Translations under genes and position numbers: made by a program
Shown here: positions 48,265 to 58,494 of the stretch, piece after piece
How the letters are laid out: every line of letters begins with the position of its first letter
How positions within the stretch are numbered: the first letter of the stretch is position 1
Notes under the pieces: generated by a model
What the model was told of the DNA's origin: nothing
Seen by the model: only the letters and a program-made list of their open reading frames with translations
Databases searched by the model: none
From: Planctomycetota bacterium
GTDB taxonomy: Bacteria > Planctomycetota > UBA1135 > UBA2386
DNA length: 64,000 nucleotides
Direction of reading: 5' to 3'
NCBI GenBank assembly: GCA_046290465.1
Contig: JBKAGP010000001.1
Location: forward strand, 2,944,001-3,008,000

Positions 48265-48798
48265 ATGTCCTCTCATGGATCTCTCTCGACTGGGCTAGGC
48301 GGATGCACGGCCGAGATAACGCGAAAGCGCCTCACCCTGACAACCAGGTGCCGCTCAGGAAATCCACCTGAAGGAGTCCCAGGGGCCGCAATGTAGGCGA
48401 AACTCATCCGAGCGCAACGGCCGCAGGCGCGGAGCTAGCCTCACGCCGGCCACTTGATCGCCGCTGGTTCGGCATGACGAACGACTTCTCCCCCGAATGA
48501 TCCCGCTCGCCAAGTGTGGTCTGTGCCAGTTTAGGGCCATCCGCGATCTAGCGCTGGAACGAGACGCCCTTCGACTGCCTCCCCGCAAGCGCCACGTCTG
48601 CCTCTGGGCTCCAACATCCGGCCCGAAGAGGGCCGAAAGCGCATTCTCGTCGTCATGGGCGCGGCGCATGAGGTACGAGGGAGCTCCTCGCGATCGCTGA
48701 TGGTCAGCTCAGAAGCGCGTAAATCCCGATCCCAAGGGGCCTTGACCCGCCCTCGGACCACCTCCTGGTGACTTCCCACGAGAGTTTCATTCAGCAAC

Positions 48799-48839
48799 TT
48801 GCCCTGCGCGGTCGATTCATCATATACTGAAATGATGAA
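48799..48839 (+). promoter_or_regulatory. Sigma-70-type promoter with an overlapping ArsR/SmtB-type operator
   Basis: TTGCCC-N18-TATACT; inverted repeat TTCATCAT-N8-ATGATGAA (48816-48839) covers the -10 box and the start codon. Confidence 0.7.
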
Positions 48840-49230
48840 CGATACGCCGAAGTCGAAGAGCCCCAAGGCCCGCGAGGGGGCCTGCGAGATCAACCAGGTC
48901 GATTGCTCGATGGTCTCGGAAGCTCAGGCGTCGCTTCCCGCAACCACAGAGCTCCAACGAGTCGCTGACGCCTTTCGAGTCCTCGCGAACCCGAACCGGT
49001 TGCGCGTACTGAAGGCCCTTCAGGGTCGGGAGCTGTGTGTCTGCGACCTCCGTGAAGTGCTCGGGATCTCCATGTCCGGCACCTCGCAGGTCCTCCGAGA
49101 GCTGCGCAACCTCGGAGCAGTTGAGTTCCGCGCCGAAGGCAAGCTCGCCTACTACCGGCTAGCCGACTCGTCATGGCTCGACATTGCCGAGAGCGTGCTT
49201 GAGAAGTTCGTGGGTGCCGAAGCGAGATAG
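48835..49230 (+). CDS. ArsR/SmtB-family metal-sensing repressor (CadC-like)
   Basis: FRVLANPNRLRVL, ELCVCDL, EGKLAYYRL, N-terminal Cys (GACE); start 48832 or 48835. Confidence 0.93.
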   Translation: MNDTPKSKSPKAREGACEINQVDCSMVSEAQASLPATTELQRVADAFRVLANPNRLRVLKALQGRELCVCDLREVLGISMSGTSQVLRELRNLGAVEFRAEGKLAYYRLADSSWLDIAESVLEKFVGAEAR

Positions 49231-49270
49231 CGCTCGCCCGTTTTTCGCGACGAGGGAGAGAACGATTGTG

Positions 49271-50872
49271 ATGTCTACCAACAAACGAGGAAGGTCTTGG
49301 TTTCTTGCCGGCATGCTCGCCTTGAGCGTTGCCCTTTCCGGTTGTGGGCAGGAGCCCTCTCCTGGTCCTGGTTCCGAACCTGCTGCAGGTGAATCGACCG
49401 CGACTGGCAGGAATCCGACGAGCACCGCACACAAGCACGACACACCCGGCGAGACGTGCTTCATCTGTGATCCAAGCAAGCGTGAGTCAGGACGCCTGTG
49501 GTGCAAGGAGCACGGCCGTTACGAGAATCGATGCTGGATGTGCCAGCCGCAGCTCGAGGAGAAGGGCCGCCTCTACTGCGAAGAGCACGGCCTCTACGAG
49601 GACGAGTGCTTTCTCTGCCATCCCGAGCTGAAGAAAGACTCCAAGGACGAGAAGCAGCCGAAGGACAAGAAGGGCGCGCAACTGGATGCTCCCCCCCGCA
49701 CTGTTCCAGGTCTTTTCTGTAAGGAACACGGGGTGCCGGAGGCGGATTGCGGCATCTGCCAACCACAACGCACGGCAGAACTGCAGCCAGGCGACGAACT
49801 CAAGGTGCGTTTCGAGTCGGCCCGTGCAGCTGCGAAGGCAGGTGTGCAGACAGTTCCCGCCCGCCAGGCCACGGTGCGGGAAAGCGTTCCGGCCATCTGC
49901 GAGATCTCCTACAACCAGAATGCTCTGGCCCGCATCACGCCACTGGCCGCGGGGATCGTGCGCAAAGTGCTCGTCGATGTCGGTGCGGACGTGAAGGCGG
50001 GAGATGTTCTGGTGGAAGTGCACTCCACCGAAGTAGCGAGCGCGAAGGCTGCGTTCGTCTCGTCCGTGGTCGACCTCGACCTGAAAGAGGTTGCCTGCAA
50101 GCGAGAGAAGCGCCTGGCGAAGAAGAGCATCTCTTCGGAGAAGGAGGTGCAGGAGGCCGATGCTGCGTGCAAGACCGCTGAGCTCACGCTGAGTACAGCA
50201 AGACAGAGACTCCTCAACTATGGCTTCACGGCGGATGAGGTTGCAGCGATCAAGAAGGATCGCGACACCTCAGCTCGCTTGTTGGTCCGCGCTCCATACG
50301 AGGGCACATTGGTCGAGAGAAGTGCGGTGGTCGGCGAAGCTGTTGAGCCAGGCAAGAGCGTATTCTCTCTCGCGGATCTCGGCTCGATGTGGCTCTCGCT
50401 CTCGATCCCTGCCGATCGCGCGGGTCTCATCAAGAGTGGTCTGAGCGTGGAGGCGACCTTCCACGGCCTTTCCAGCGAGGCGTCACGTGGTGAGATCACA
50501 TGGGTCAACACCTCGATCGACGAGAAGACTCGCATGCTGCGGGCACGTGCCGTGGTCGGCAACCCTGACCGGAAGCTCAGCGCAGGGATGTTCGGCGACG
50601 CGATCGTCTTCACTTCGGATGCCAGAAGCGCAGTGGATGTGCCCAAGGAAGCCATCCAGCGGTTCGAGAAGAAGCTCTACGTCTTCGTCAAACTCGAAGA
50701 CGACCTCTACTCGTTGCGTCGCGTCGCCACGGTCGAGCGACCGTCGAACAACATCGTTGCGGTGGTCGAAGGTCTGCGCGCGGACGAACCTGTTGTTGCT
50801 ACAGGAGCATTCACCGTGATGTCCGAGTTCCTCAAGTCGAGGCTCGGCGCTGGCTGTGTCGATGACAAGTGA
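49271..50872 (+). CDS. czcB: CzcB-like RND adaptor lipoprotein with N-terminal Cys/His repeats
   Basis: LSGC lipobox; three C-x2-H-x6-C-x2-C repeats; membrane-fusion core (VRAPYEGTLVE, LADLGSMW, LSAGMF). Confidence 0.88.
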   Translation: MSTNKRGRSWFLAGMLALSVALSGCGQEPSPGPGSEPAAGESTATGRNPTSTAHKHDTPGETCFICDPSKRESGRLWCKEHGRYENRCWMCQPQLEEKGRLYCEEHGLYEDECFLCHPELKKDSKDEKQPKDKKGAQLDAPPRTVPGLFCKEHGVPEADCGICQPQRTAELQPGDELKVRFESARAAAKAGVQTVPARQATVRESVPAICEISYNQNALARITPLAAGIVRKVLVDVGADVKAGDVLVEVHSTEVASAKAAFVSSVVDLDLKEVACKREKRLAKKSISSEKEVQEADAACKTAELTLSTARQRLLNYGFTADEVAAIKKDRDTSARLLVRAPYEGTLVERSAVVGEAVEPGKSVFSLADLGSMWLSLSIPADRAGLIKSGLSVEATFHGLSSEASRGEITWVNTSIDEKTRMLRARAVVGNPDRKLSAGMFGDAIVFTSDARSAVDVPKEAIQRFEKKLYVFVKLEDDLYSLRRVATVERPSNNIVAVVEGLRADEPVVATGAFTVMSEFLKSRLGAGCVDDK

Positions 50873-53800
50873 ACGGGGACTCCATGCTTGAGCGCCTCGT
50901 CGAGTTCTCACTTCGCAACCGCCTCCTGTTCTTGCTGCTGGGATTTGCCCTGGTCGGCGGCGGGATCTACACGGCAACGCGTACGCCAGTTGACGCCTTC
51001 CCGGACACAACACCCGTCCAGGTCCAGATCAACACCGTGGCCCCCGCGCTCAATCCGGAAGAGATTGAGCAGCAGCTCACCCTTCCAGTCGAGCTCTCGA
51101 TCGGCGGTCTTCCTGGTCTGGCCGATGTTCGTTCCATATCCAAGTTTGGACTGTCCCAGGTCGTCGCGACGTTCGATGACGACACGAGGATCATCGATGC
51201 GCGCCAGTACGTCTCCGAACGACTGGCGACAGTAGAGCTTCCCGAAGGCATTGAGCGTCCGCAGCTCGGCCCCATCTCCACCGGGCTCGGAGAGATCTTC
51301 CACTACGTCCTTCGTTCGGAGAACCCGCGCAGGACGCTCGAAGAGCTGCGAACCCTTCACGACTGGGTCGTCAAACCGGAGCTCCGCAAGGTTCCTGGTG
51401 TCGCTGAGGTCAACTCGTGGGGCGGGTACGAGAAGCAGTACCACGTGGTTGTCTCGCCCGAGGCGTTGCTCAAATACGACCTCACCCTTGGGGACGTCTT
51501 CGAAGCGCTCGAGAAAAACAATCAGAACGTCGGTGGTGGCGTGCTCACGTCGGGTGGGCAGTCGCAGCTCGTGCATGGCCTCGGGCGTGTTTCAACCGTC
51601 AACCAGATCGAGAACATCGTTGTCTCCGCATTCGACGGTGCGCCGATCCGCATTCGAGATGTCGCGCAAGAGGTTCGGGTCGACCACGAGATCCGGCGCG
51701 GTGCGGTCACGGCGAACGGTCGCGGCGAAGTCGTGCTAGGCCTTGCTTTCATGCTGATGGGCGAGAACGCCCAGGCCGTCACCGAAGAGCTCAAGGAGCG
51801 GCTCGTAGGTGTCCGGAGATCGCTCCCCGAAGACGTTGTCGTTGAAGTCGTCTACGACCGCACCGAGCTGACAACCGAGGTGATCGGAACCGTGCAGCAC
51901 AACCTGTTGGCCGGAGCCTTGCTCGTCATCGTCGTGCTCTTCGTACTGCTTGGCAACATTCGCGGCGGTCTCCTGGTAGCCCTCGCCATCCCACTCGCGA
52001 TGTTGTTTGCCTTGATCGGCATGTACCACTTCGCGATCGCGGCAAGCCTCCTCAGCCTTGGTGCAATCGACTTCGGCATCATCGTCGACGGCTCGGTGGT
52101 GATGACCGAGGCCAACATGCGGAACCTGGCTCAGCGTGCGCGTGAGCTGAAGAGACCGCTGACCAAAGATGAGCGTCTCGCGGTCATCACCGAGTCGGGC
52201 AAGCAGGTGGCTCGACCGATCGTCTTCGGCATGGCCATCATCATGGTGGTCTTCTTCCCCGTGCTCGCGCTCGAGGGAATCGAAGGAAAGATGTTCCGCC
52301 CGATGGCGTGGACGTTCATCTTCGCCCTTGGCGGGGCACTGCTGATCGCCCTCACCCTGTCACCGGTCCTTGGCTACTACTTCCTTCCGAAGCGTGTTCG
52401 GGAGCGAGAGGGTGTTATCGCTCGCGCGATGAACGGCGCCTTTGCCTGGTTCCTTGCGGCAGCGATGCGGCTGCGGTGGTTCGTTCTCAGCGGAGCGATG
52501 CTGCTTCTAGTGTTCGCCGGATGGACTGCGACACGGCTGGGAGGAGAGTTCATCCCGCGCTTGAGCGAGGGGGCGGTGGTCTTGAACACCATCCGCCTGG
52601 CCGGTGTCTCTATTGAGGAGTCCGTTCGCTACAACACGCGCATCGAGAAGCTCTTGCTCGAGAACTTTCCGGACGAGGTTCGGCACGTCTGGAGCCGCAT
52701 CGGGACAGCTGAAATCGCCACTGACCCCATGGGCACCGAGCTGACCGACATCTTCTTGTCGCTCAAGCCCCGAAGCGAATGGAAGAGGGCCAGCACGCAG
52801 ACTGAGCTCGGCGCTGCCATGCAGAGCCTGGTGGACGACCTACCCGGCGTGAACATCATCGCAACCCAGCCGATCGAGATGCGCCTCAACGAGATGGCGT
52901 CGGGCATCCGTTCAGACATCGGCATCAAGATCTACGGCGACGACTTCGACGAGCTCGTGCGCATCAGTGACGAGGTACAGCGCATTCTTGTCGACATCCC
53001 CGGACAGTCAGACGTCGCTGTCGATCAGGTCACGGGGCAACCAACGCTCCGCATCCGCATGGACCCCGACGCACTTGCCCGCGTTGGAGTGTCAGGACGG
53101 GAAGTGCTCGAGTTCGTGGAGGTCATCGGGACACGCCGTGTCGGCGAAGTCTTCGAGGGACAACGTAAGTTCCCGTTGGCTGTCCGGTTGCCGGATTCCC
53201 ACCGGGGCGATGCCGACGCTCTACGTGCGACGCTGATTCCAACGAAATCTGGGCTTCGCCTACCTCTGCGAAGCGTGGCTGACGTCTCAGAAGAAGAGGG
53301 CATCTCGACGATCAACCGTGAGTGGGGTCGAAGGCTGATCCGCGTCCAGTGCAACGTAGCCGGCCGCGATGTTGCCTCGTTTGTTGAGGAAGCGCAGACG
53401 CGGATCGCCAACGAACTGGAGCTCCCCGATGGCTACGTCATCAACTGGGGCGGTCAGTTTGAGAATCTGGCCAACGCGAAGGTGCGGTTCATGATCGTTG
53501 TTCCGGTCACGCTCCTTCTCGTGTTCTTCCTGCTGTTCTTCAGCCTGAAGAGTCTTCGGGAGGTCCTGCTGATCTATACCGGGATTCCCTTCGCCGCTGT
53601 CGGAGGTGTCTTGGCGCTCTGGCTGCGCGGAATGCCGTTCAGCGTGAGCGCCGCCGTGGGCTTCATCGCGCTCGGAGGCATCGCCGTCTTGAACGGACAG
53701 ATCCTCGTATCGGCCATTCGCTCTTTCCTTGCTCAGGGCAACGAGCTCCGTTCGGCGATCACAGAAGCCACACAGCAACGGCTTCGTCCCGTTCTGGCGA

Positions 53801-53997
53801 CGGCTATCACGGATGCTGTCGGTTTTCTTCCGATGGCGATCTCCACGGGAGTCGGTGCCGAGGTGCAGCGACCACTTGCGACGGTTGTGGTGGCAGGTGT
53901 GCTGACGTCAACCGTCCTGACTCTCTTTGTGCTGCCGATCCTCTACCTGCTTGTCATGAAGAAGGTCCCAGCAACAACCGACGGGGAGGTTGCGTAG
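50869..53997 (+). CDS. czcA: CzcA-family heavy-metal RND permease
   Basis: VDAFPDTTPVQVQINT, GPISTGLGEI, LGAIDFGIIVDG, EFIPRLSEG, GAEVQRPLATVV. Confidence 0.95.
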   Translation: MNGDSMLERLVEFSLRNRLLFLLLGFALVGGGIYTATRTPVDAFPDTTPVQVQINTVAPALNPEEIEQQLTLPVELSIGGLPGLADVRSISKFGLSQVVATFDDDTRIIDARQYVSERLATVELPEGIERPQLGPISTGLGEIFHYVLRSENPRRTLEELRTLHDWVVKPELRKVPGVAEVNSWGGYEKQYHVVVSPEALLKYDLTLGDVFEALEKNNQNVGGGVLTSGGQSQLVHGLGRVSTVNQIENIVVSAFDGAPIRIRDVAQEVRVDHEIRRGAVTANGRGEVVLGLAFMLMGENAQAVTEELKERLVGVRRSLPEDVVVEVVYDRTELTTEVIGTVQHNLLAGALLVIVVLFVLLGNIRGGLLVALAIPLAMLFALIGMYHFAIAASLLSLGAIDFGIIVDGSVVMTEANMRNLAQRARELKRPLTKDERLAVITESGKQVARPIVFGMAIIMVVFFPVLALEGIEGKMFRPMAWTFIFALGGALLIALTLSPVLGYYFLPKRVREREGVIARAMNGAFAWFLAAAMRLRWFVLSGAMLLLVFAGWTATRLGGEFIPRLSEGAVVLNTIRLAGVSIEESVRYNTRIEKLLLENFPDEVRHVWSRIGTAEIATDPMGTELTDIFLSLKPRSEWKRASTQTELGAAMQSLVDDLPGVNIIATQPIEMRLNEMASGIRSDIGIKIYGDDFDELVRISDEVQRILVDIPGQSDVAVDQVTGQPTLRIRMDPDALARVGVSGREVLEFVEVIGTRRVGEVFEGQRKFPLAVRLPDSHRGDADALRATLIPTKSGLRLPLRSVADVSEEEGISTINREWGRRLIRVQCNVAGRDVASFVEEAQTRIANELELPDGYVINWGGQFENLANAKVRFMIVVPVTLLLVFFLLFFSLKSLREVLLIYTGIPFAAVGGVLALWLRGMPFSVSAAVGFIALGGIAVLNGQILVSAIRSFLAQGNELRSAITEATQQRLRPVLATAITDAVGFLPMAISTGVGAEVQRPLATVVVAGVLTSTVLTLFVLPILYLLVMKKVPATTDGEVA

Positions 53998-53998
53998 C

Positions 53999-55408
53999 AT
54001 GGCAACAACTACCAGATTGGAGACTGGGCGGCTCCGTCGGCAAACGCTCGTGGCCGCTGCTGTGGCGCTGCTAGTCACCTTGAGCGGATGTGCCACTGTA
54101 GACCCAACGCCGGATTACGAACTAGCGCGAGAGGAGGTAAAGGCAGCGACCGGCGAAGACACCCTCTATCAGCCCGGAGAGGAAGAGCGTGCGCGCAAGC
54201 TGGTTGCAGAGCTCATGAAGGATGGGTTGACCTCAAAGGACGCAGTCCAGATTTGCCTTCTCAACAATCGACTTCTGCAGCAACAGCTCTACGAGATCGG
54301 TGTGCGGCGTGCGGATGCAGTGCAGGCTGGATTGCTCTCGAACCCGTCGCTCCAACTGATGGTGCGCTTCCCACTCGATGGAGGAAGCACGAACATGGAG
54401 GGCGGACTTCTCCACAATCTCATCGAGCTCTGGCACTTGCCCGCGCGCACGAGGGTTGCGGAAAGCCAAGTAGACCGAACCGTGCTCGAGGTTGCTCGCC
54501 GCGCGGTCACGCTCGCGGCTCAGGCGAAGTCGGCGTACTTCACGGCCGTTGCTTCGAGTGCTTCTCTCGCTGTTGCAGAAGAGAATCTCAAGACCGCACA
54601 GGAGTTCCTCGAACTCACGCGTGAACGCAAGGCTGCCGGTGCTGCGACGCAGGTTGACGAGAACGCCGCGCGCGCCGGTTTCCTCGAGCAACAGGTGCTT
54701 GTTCGTTCCACAAGCTTCGCTTCGTTTGAAGCGAAACGACGCCTGGCGATGGTGCTGGGTGTTTCCGTACCGCCGCAGGAACTTGAGCTCACGAGTCCAC
54801 CACTCACGCCACCGGAGTGGAGCGTTGACCTCAAGAGACTGCTCGCAGTTGCCGAAGAACACCGGCTTGACCTGCGCGCGGCGAAGAAGGCCGTCGAGGC
54901 CGCAGGCAACGCAGTGCCTCTTGAGCGGCGTCGGCAGCTGCGCAAGCTAGGTGGTGGCTTGGCCTTCGAAACGGTCGGCAGCGATGTAGAACTGGGTCCA
55001 GCATTCCGGCTTGAGATTCCGATCTTCGACCGAAACCAAGCACAGATTGCCAAGGCCGAGTTGCGCTTCTCTCAGGCGATACGTCGCCTTGAGGGAGTGT
55101 CCGAGAACGTGTCCCAACAAGTACGGGGTGCGTACGAACGCTACGCGATGGCGCAGGAAACCGCTCGCCTCTACCAGAAGGAGCTCTTGCCGCTTCAACA
55201 AGCCAGCCTTGACCTTGCCCGAGAGTCGTTCGCGGCAGGCAAGACAGGCTTTCTATCTGTCCTCGAGGCTCAGAACCGACTTCTTGCCACTCGGCGTGAC
55301 TATGTCGTACGGCTTGAGTCTGTGGCCCAGAGCATCCCCGAGCTGGAGGCTGCTTGTGGGCGACCGCTCGACGTGCTCCTTGCTACGGATGCGGATCGTG
55401 ACAAGTGA
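53999..55408 (+). CDS. czcC: TolC-family outer membrane factor (CzcC-like)
   Basis: LSGC lipobox, AGLLSNP, HRLDL, EIPIFDRNQ, LEAACG. Confidence 0.88.
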   Translation: MATTTRLETGRLRRQTLVAAAVALLVTLSGCATVDPTPDYELAREEVKAATGEDTLYQPGEEERARKLVAELMKDGLTSKDAVQICLLNNRLLQQQLYEIGVRRADAVQAGLLSNPSLQLMVRFPLDGGSTNMEGGLLHNLIELWHLPARTRVAESQVDRTVLEVARRAVTLAAQAKSAYFTAVASSASLAVAEENLKTAQEFLELTRERKAAGAATQVDENAARAGFLEQQVLVRSTSFASFEAKRRLAMVLGVSVPPQELELTSPPLTPPEWSVDLKRLLAVAEEHRLDLRAAKKAVEAAGNAVPLERRRQLRKLGGGLAFETVGSDVELGPAFRLEIPIFDRNQAQIAKAELRFSQAIRRLEGVSENVSQQVRGAYERYAMAQETARLYQKELLPLQQASLDLARESFAAGKTGFLSVLEAQNRLLATRRDYVVRLESVAQSIPELEAACGRPLDVLLATDADRDK

Positions 55409-56027
55409 TCAGGCGCGGACAGCAACGCTCATGCGCGCAGCGAGCCTCGCCTACCTGACAATCGGCTGGAATGTCGTCGAGGGTGTCATCGCCGTTTCCG
55501 CAGCGGCTGCTGCTGGGAGTGTCGCGCTGCTCGGCTTTGGCCTTGATAGCTTCGTAGAGAGCGCCTCTGGTTTGATCGTTCTGTGGAGACTCTCTCGAGA
55601 ACGGCGCAACACGGCCGTTGCGGCGGAAGCTGTCGAGAAGCTCGACCGCCGGGCGCATCGCCTGGTGGCCGGCACCTTGTTTCTCCTTGCTGCCTACGTC
55701 TCCGTGGATGCTGGATTCGCGCTGTGGAACGGGGATCGCCCTGAGACGAGCGTCGTCGGGATCATTCTTGTCTCAGTCTCGATCGCAGTCATGTGGTGGC
55801 TAGCGCGTGCAAAATCGTCCGTGGCACGTGTTCTGGGGAGCCGAGCGCTTGAAGCCGACTCCTTTCAGACCCTGGCATGCTGGTGGCTTTCGATCGTCGC
55901 CCTGTCAGGGATTGTTCTCAACGCCGCGTTCGGTTGGTGGTGGGCAGACCCTCTTGCGGCCCTAGGGGTCGCAGCCCTTGTTGTTCGCGAGGGTACCGAA
56001 GCTTGGCGTGGTGAGGCGTGCTGCTGA
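55389..56027 (+). CDS. CDF-related cation transporter lacking the C-terminal domain
   Basis: WNVVEG, GSVALLGFGLDSFVES, ALEADS, WWWADP; ends EACC; start 55389 or 55398. Confidence 0.85.
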   Translation: MRIVTSDQARTATLMRAASLAYLTIGWNVVEGVIAVSAAAAAGSVALLGFGLDSFVESASGLIVLWRLSRERRNTAVAAEAVEKLDRRAHRLVAGTLFLLAAYVSVDAGFALWNGDRPETSVVGIILVSVSIAVMWWLARAKSSVARVLGSRALEADSFQTLACWWLSIVALSGIVLNAAFGWWWADPLAALGVAALVVREGTEAWRGEACC

Positions 56028-56050
56028 GACTGGGAGTCGAAGAAGGCGAA

Positions 56051-58468
56051 TCAGACAACGCTTGCGGTGTCTTCAAATCTCAGTAGGCGCAGAGCGTTGA
56101 GCACAACGACCAACGTAGACCCTTCGTGGACGACAACAGCCGGGCCAATCCCAAGGCCTAGAATCGTGGCCGGAACCAGAAGAGCCACGACACCGAGGCT
56201 CATCCAGAGATTCTGCTTGATCGCCCGGCTCGCGGCTCGACTCAGCCCAACCGCGAATGGAAGCCGTTCAAGATCGTCAGCCATCAGAGCCACGTCCGCC
56301 GTCTCGAGAGCTACATCCGACCCTGCAGCTCCCATGGCGATTCCTACCGTCGCGCTAGCCATTGCCGGAGCGTCGTTGACCCCGTCGCCGACCATGGCCA
56401 CAAGTCCTTCTGACCGAAGCATCTTGATAGCTTCCACCTTGTCTTCGGGCATTAGATCCCCCCTGGCGTCATCCAGACCAACGGTTTCAGCAATCGCTGC
56501 AGCAACTTGTTGGTTGTCACCTGAGATCATGATCATCCGCCCGACGCCGATGGCCCGCAGTCTCTCGATCGTTCGGTTGGCAGCTTCGCGAGGCGTGTCC
56601 ATCAGCCCGAGGACACCGAGGTACTGGTCCCCGTGCCGAACGATCATCGTGGTTCGCCCATTCTCCTCAAGTTCCGCCACGCGTTGTTGCAGCTCTTCAG
56701 GAAGTGCTGCGCCGGGGACTTCCTCGAACAAGTCATCCTTGCCGATGAGCACTTCTTGACCCTCAACCTCTGCGCGAACCCCGCGGCCAGTCACGCTTTG
56801 CAGTCCGGAGGCGGTGGCCGGAGTAGTTGCACCGAGCCGTTCTATCCCATCTCGCTCAACTGCAGCAGCAAGTGGATGGTCGCTCAGCGCCTCCACCCCA
56901 ACTGCAACGCGTAGCAACTCTTGCTGTGTCGCTCCTGACGCTGGATGCACGTCGACGAGCTTTGGTTTCCCCTCCGTCAGCGTCCCAGTCTTGTCGAAGG
57001 CTATCGCGCTTACTTGCCCAAGGTTCTCAAGCGGACCTCCGCCTTTCACGAGAACCCCTCCCCTCGCTGCCCGCGCTACCGCACTCAACACCGCACTTGG
57101 TGTCGCGATGGCAAGCGCGCACGGACTTGCCGCCACTAACACGGCCATCGCGCGGTAGAAGCTCTTTGCGAAAGACTCCTCAACGACCACCCAGCCGAAG
57201 AGCATCAGTACGGCAATTCCAAGAACAGCCGGGACGAAGACTCGCTCGAAACGGTCGGTCAGCTTCTGCGTCGGTGAACGGCTTGTCTCTGCTTCACTGA
57301 CCATCTGCACGACACGAGCCAGTGTCGACTCCGTTGCCGCTTGGGAGACGTAGACGTCCAGAACGCCACTGCCATTGATGGTCCCTGCGAAGACTCTGCT
57401 CTCAGAGCCGACCGCGCCTGGTCTTTCTCGTGCTCGTCGCGGGTCTTCGACCGGCTGCTTCTCGATTGGCACGCTTTCCCCGGTGATCGGAGCCTGGTTG
57501 ACGCTGCTTTCGCCCTTCGTGACGAACCCGTCTGCAGGAAAGCGCTCGTTGGGCTTCACGAGGACGGTGTCTCCAACGCGTAGCTCCTCGACTGGCACCT
57601 TGTCTACAGTGCCGTTCCTTCTCACCCAGGCCGTCTCCGGTGCAAGTTCGGCGAGCGACTCGATCGCATTCTTTGCCCTGCGCATCGCATAGCTTTCGAG
57701 TGCATGACCGAGGCTGAAGAGGAACAACAGCAACGCCCCCTCTGCCCACTCGCCAAGAACAGCCGCACCAGCGGCGGCCAGGAGCATCAAGAAGTCAATC
57801 TCGAAGCGCCCGTGCCGAAGGTTCGCAACAGCCTCCCTGAGCGGGAAGGTCCCACCGAACACATATGCCGCGATGAACCCACCGAGCACTAAGCTCGGTG
57901 GCACTGCAGCAACCTTCGGAAGCAGCCAGCCCAGAAGGAGAAATGCACCCGATAGCGCAGCGAAGACGAGCTCTACCTTCCCTCCTCCAGCGTGTGCATG
58001 ATCGTGTTCTTCTTGGACAGCGTCTGGTTTGTCTCCGAGGAGTGTGGCGAGACGCGCGCGAACGGTTGCTTCATCCGTGACTTCTCGCTCGAACTCGACA
58101 CGGGCCGAGCCATCGGCAGACACACACGCTTCAACGACACCTGGTTCTCGCAGAAGACTCTCGCTCAGCTGCCGGGCCTTGCGGGCATGCATCGAGGGCG
58201 CTCGTGAGGCGACGTGTCCATACCGCTCGTGGAGCTCTAGCCCCGCTCTCCGTGCGTAGTCGCAGACATCTGCCACGGATAGCCGGCGACGATCGAAGTG
58301 CACGCACAGACGCTCCGGAGTGCCGTCATCGCATTCGATGATGCGATGCACTTTGCTGACGCCGCTCTTCGCTTCCAGAAGCTCCTCCAGGCGACGAACA
58401 CAAGCATCGCGTCCTTCCTCAACATCTGGCAGCACGACGGCCAGAGATATCGGTAGTTTCGCGCTCAT
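56051..58468 (-). CDS. Heavy-metal P1B-4-type ATPase (Zn/Co/Cd/Fe)
   Basis: TGES, SPC, DKTGT, SDHP, GDGVND, HEGST; N-terminal degenerate HMA-like domains and a His stretch. Confidence 0.94.
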   Translation of the reverse strand: MSAKLPISLAVVLPDVEEGRDACVRRLEELLEAKSGVSKVHRIIECDDGTPERLCVHFDRRRLSVADVCDYARRAGLELHERYGHVASRAPSMHARKARQLSESLLREPGVVEACVSADGSARVEFEREVTDEATVRARLATLLGDKPDAVQEEHDHAHAGGGKVELVFAALSGAFLLLGWLLPKVAAVPPSLVLGGFIAAYVFGGTFPLREAVANLRHGRFEIDFLMLLAAAGAAVLGEWAEGALLLFLFSLGHALESYAMRRAKNAIESLAELAPETAWVRRNGTVDKVPVEELRVGDTVLVKPNERFPADGFVTKGESSVNQAPITGESVPIEKQPVEDPRRARERPGAVGSESRVFAGTINGSGVLDVYVSQAATESTLARVVQMVSEAETSRSPTQKLTDRFERVFVPAVLGIAVLMLFGWVVVEESFAKSFYRAMAVLVAASPCALAIATPSAVLSAVARAARGGVLVKGGGPLENLGQVSAIAFDKTGTLTEGKPKLVDVHPASGATQQELLRVAVGVEALSDHPLAAAVERDGIERLGATTPATASGLQSVTGRGVRAEVEGQEVLIGKDDLFEEVPGAALPEELQQRVAELEENGRTTMIVRHGDQYLGVLGLMDTPREAANRTIERLRAIGVGRMIMISGDNQQVAAAIAETVGLDDARGDLMPEDKVEAIKMLRSEGLVAMVGDGVNDAPAMASATVGIAMGAAGSDVALETADVALMADDLERLPFAVGLSRAASRAIKQNLWMSLGVVALLVPATILGLGIGPAVVVHEGSTLVVVLNALRLLRFEDTASVV

Positions 58469-58494
58469 GTCATCTCCTCATCCACCGGCTCCCA

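Noticed and set aside
48300..48790. ORFs or a tRNA-Sec (selC) between the two-Sec gene and arsR
   Set aside because: No cloverleaf, T-loop or UCA anticodon arm was recognised by eye and the ORFs lack motifs; tRNAscan-SE or Aragorn would settle it
49606..49621. CxxCH heme-c motif (CFLCH) in the adaptor
   Set aside because: Sister repeats have CxxCQ or CxxCD at this position, so the His is incidental
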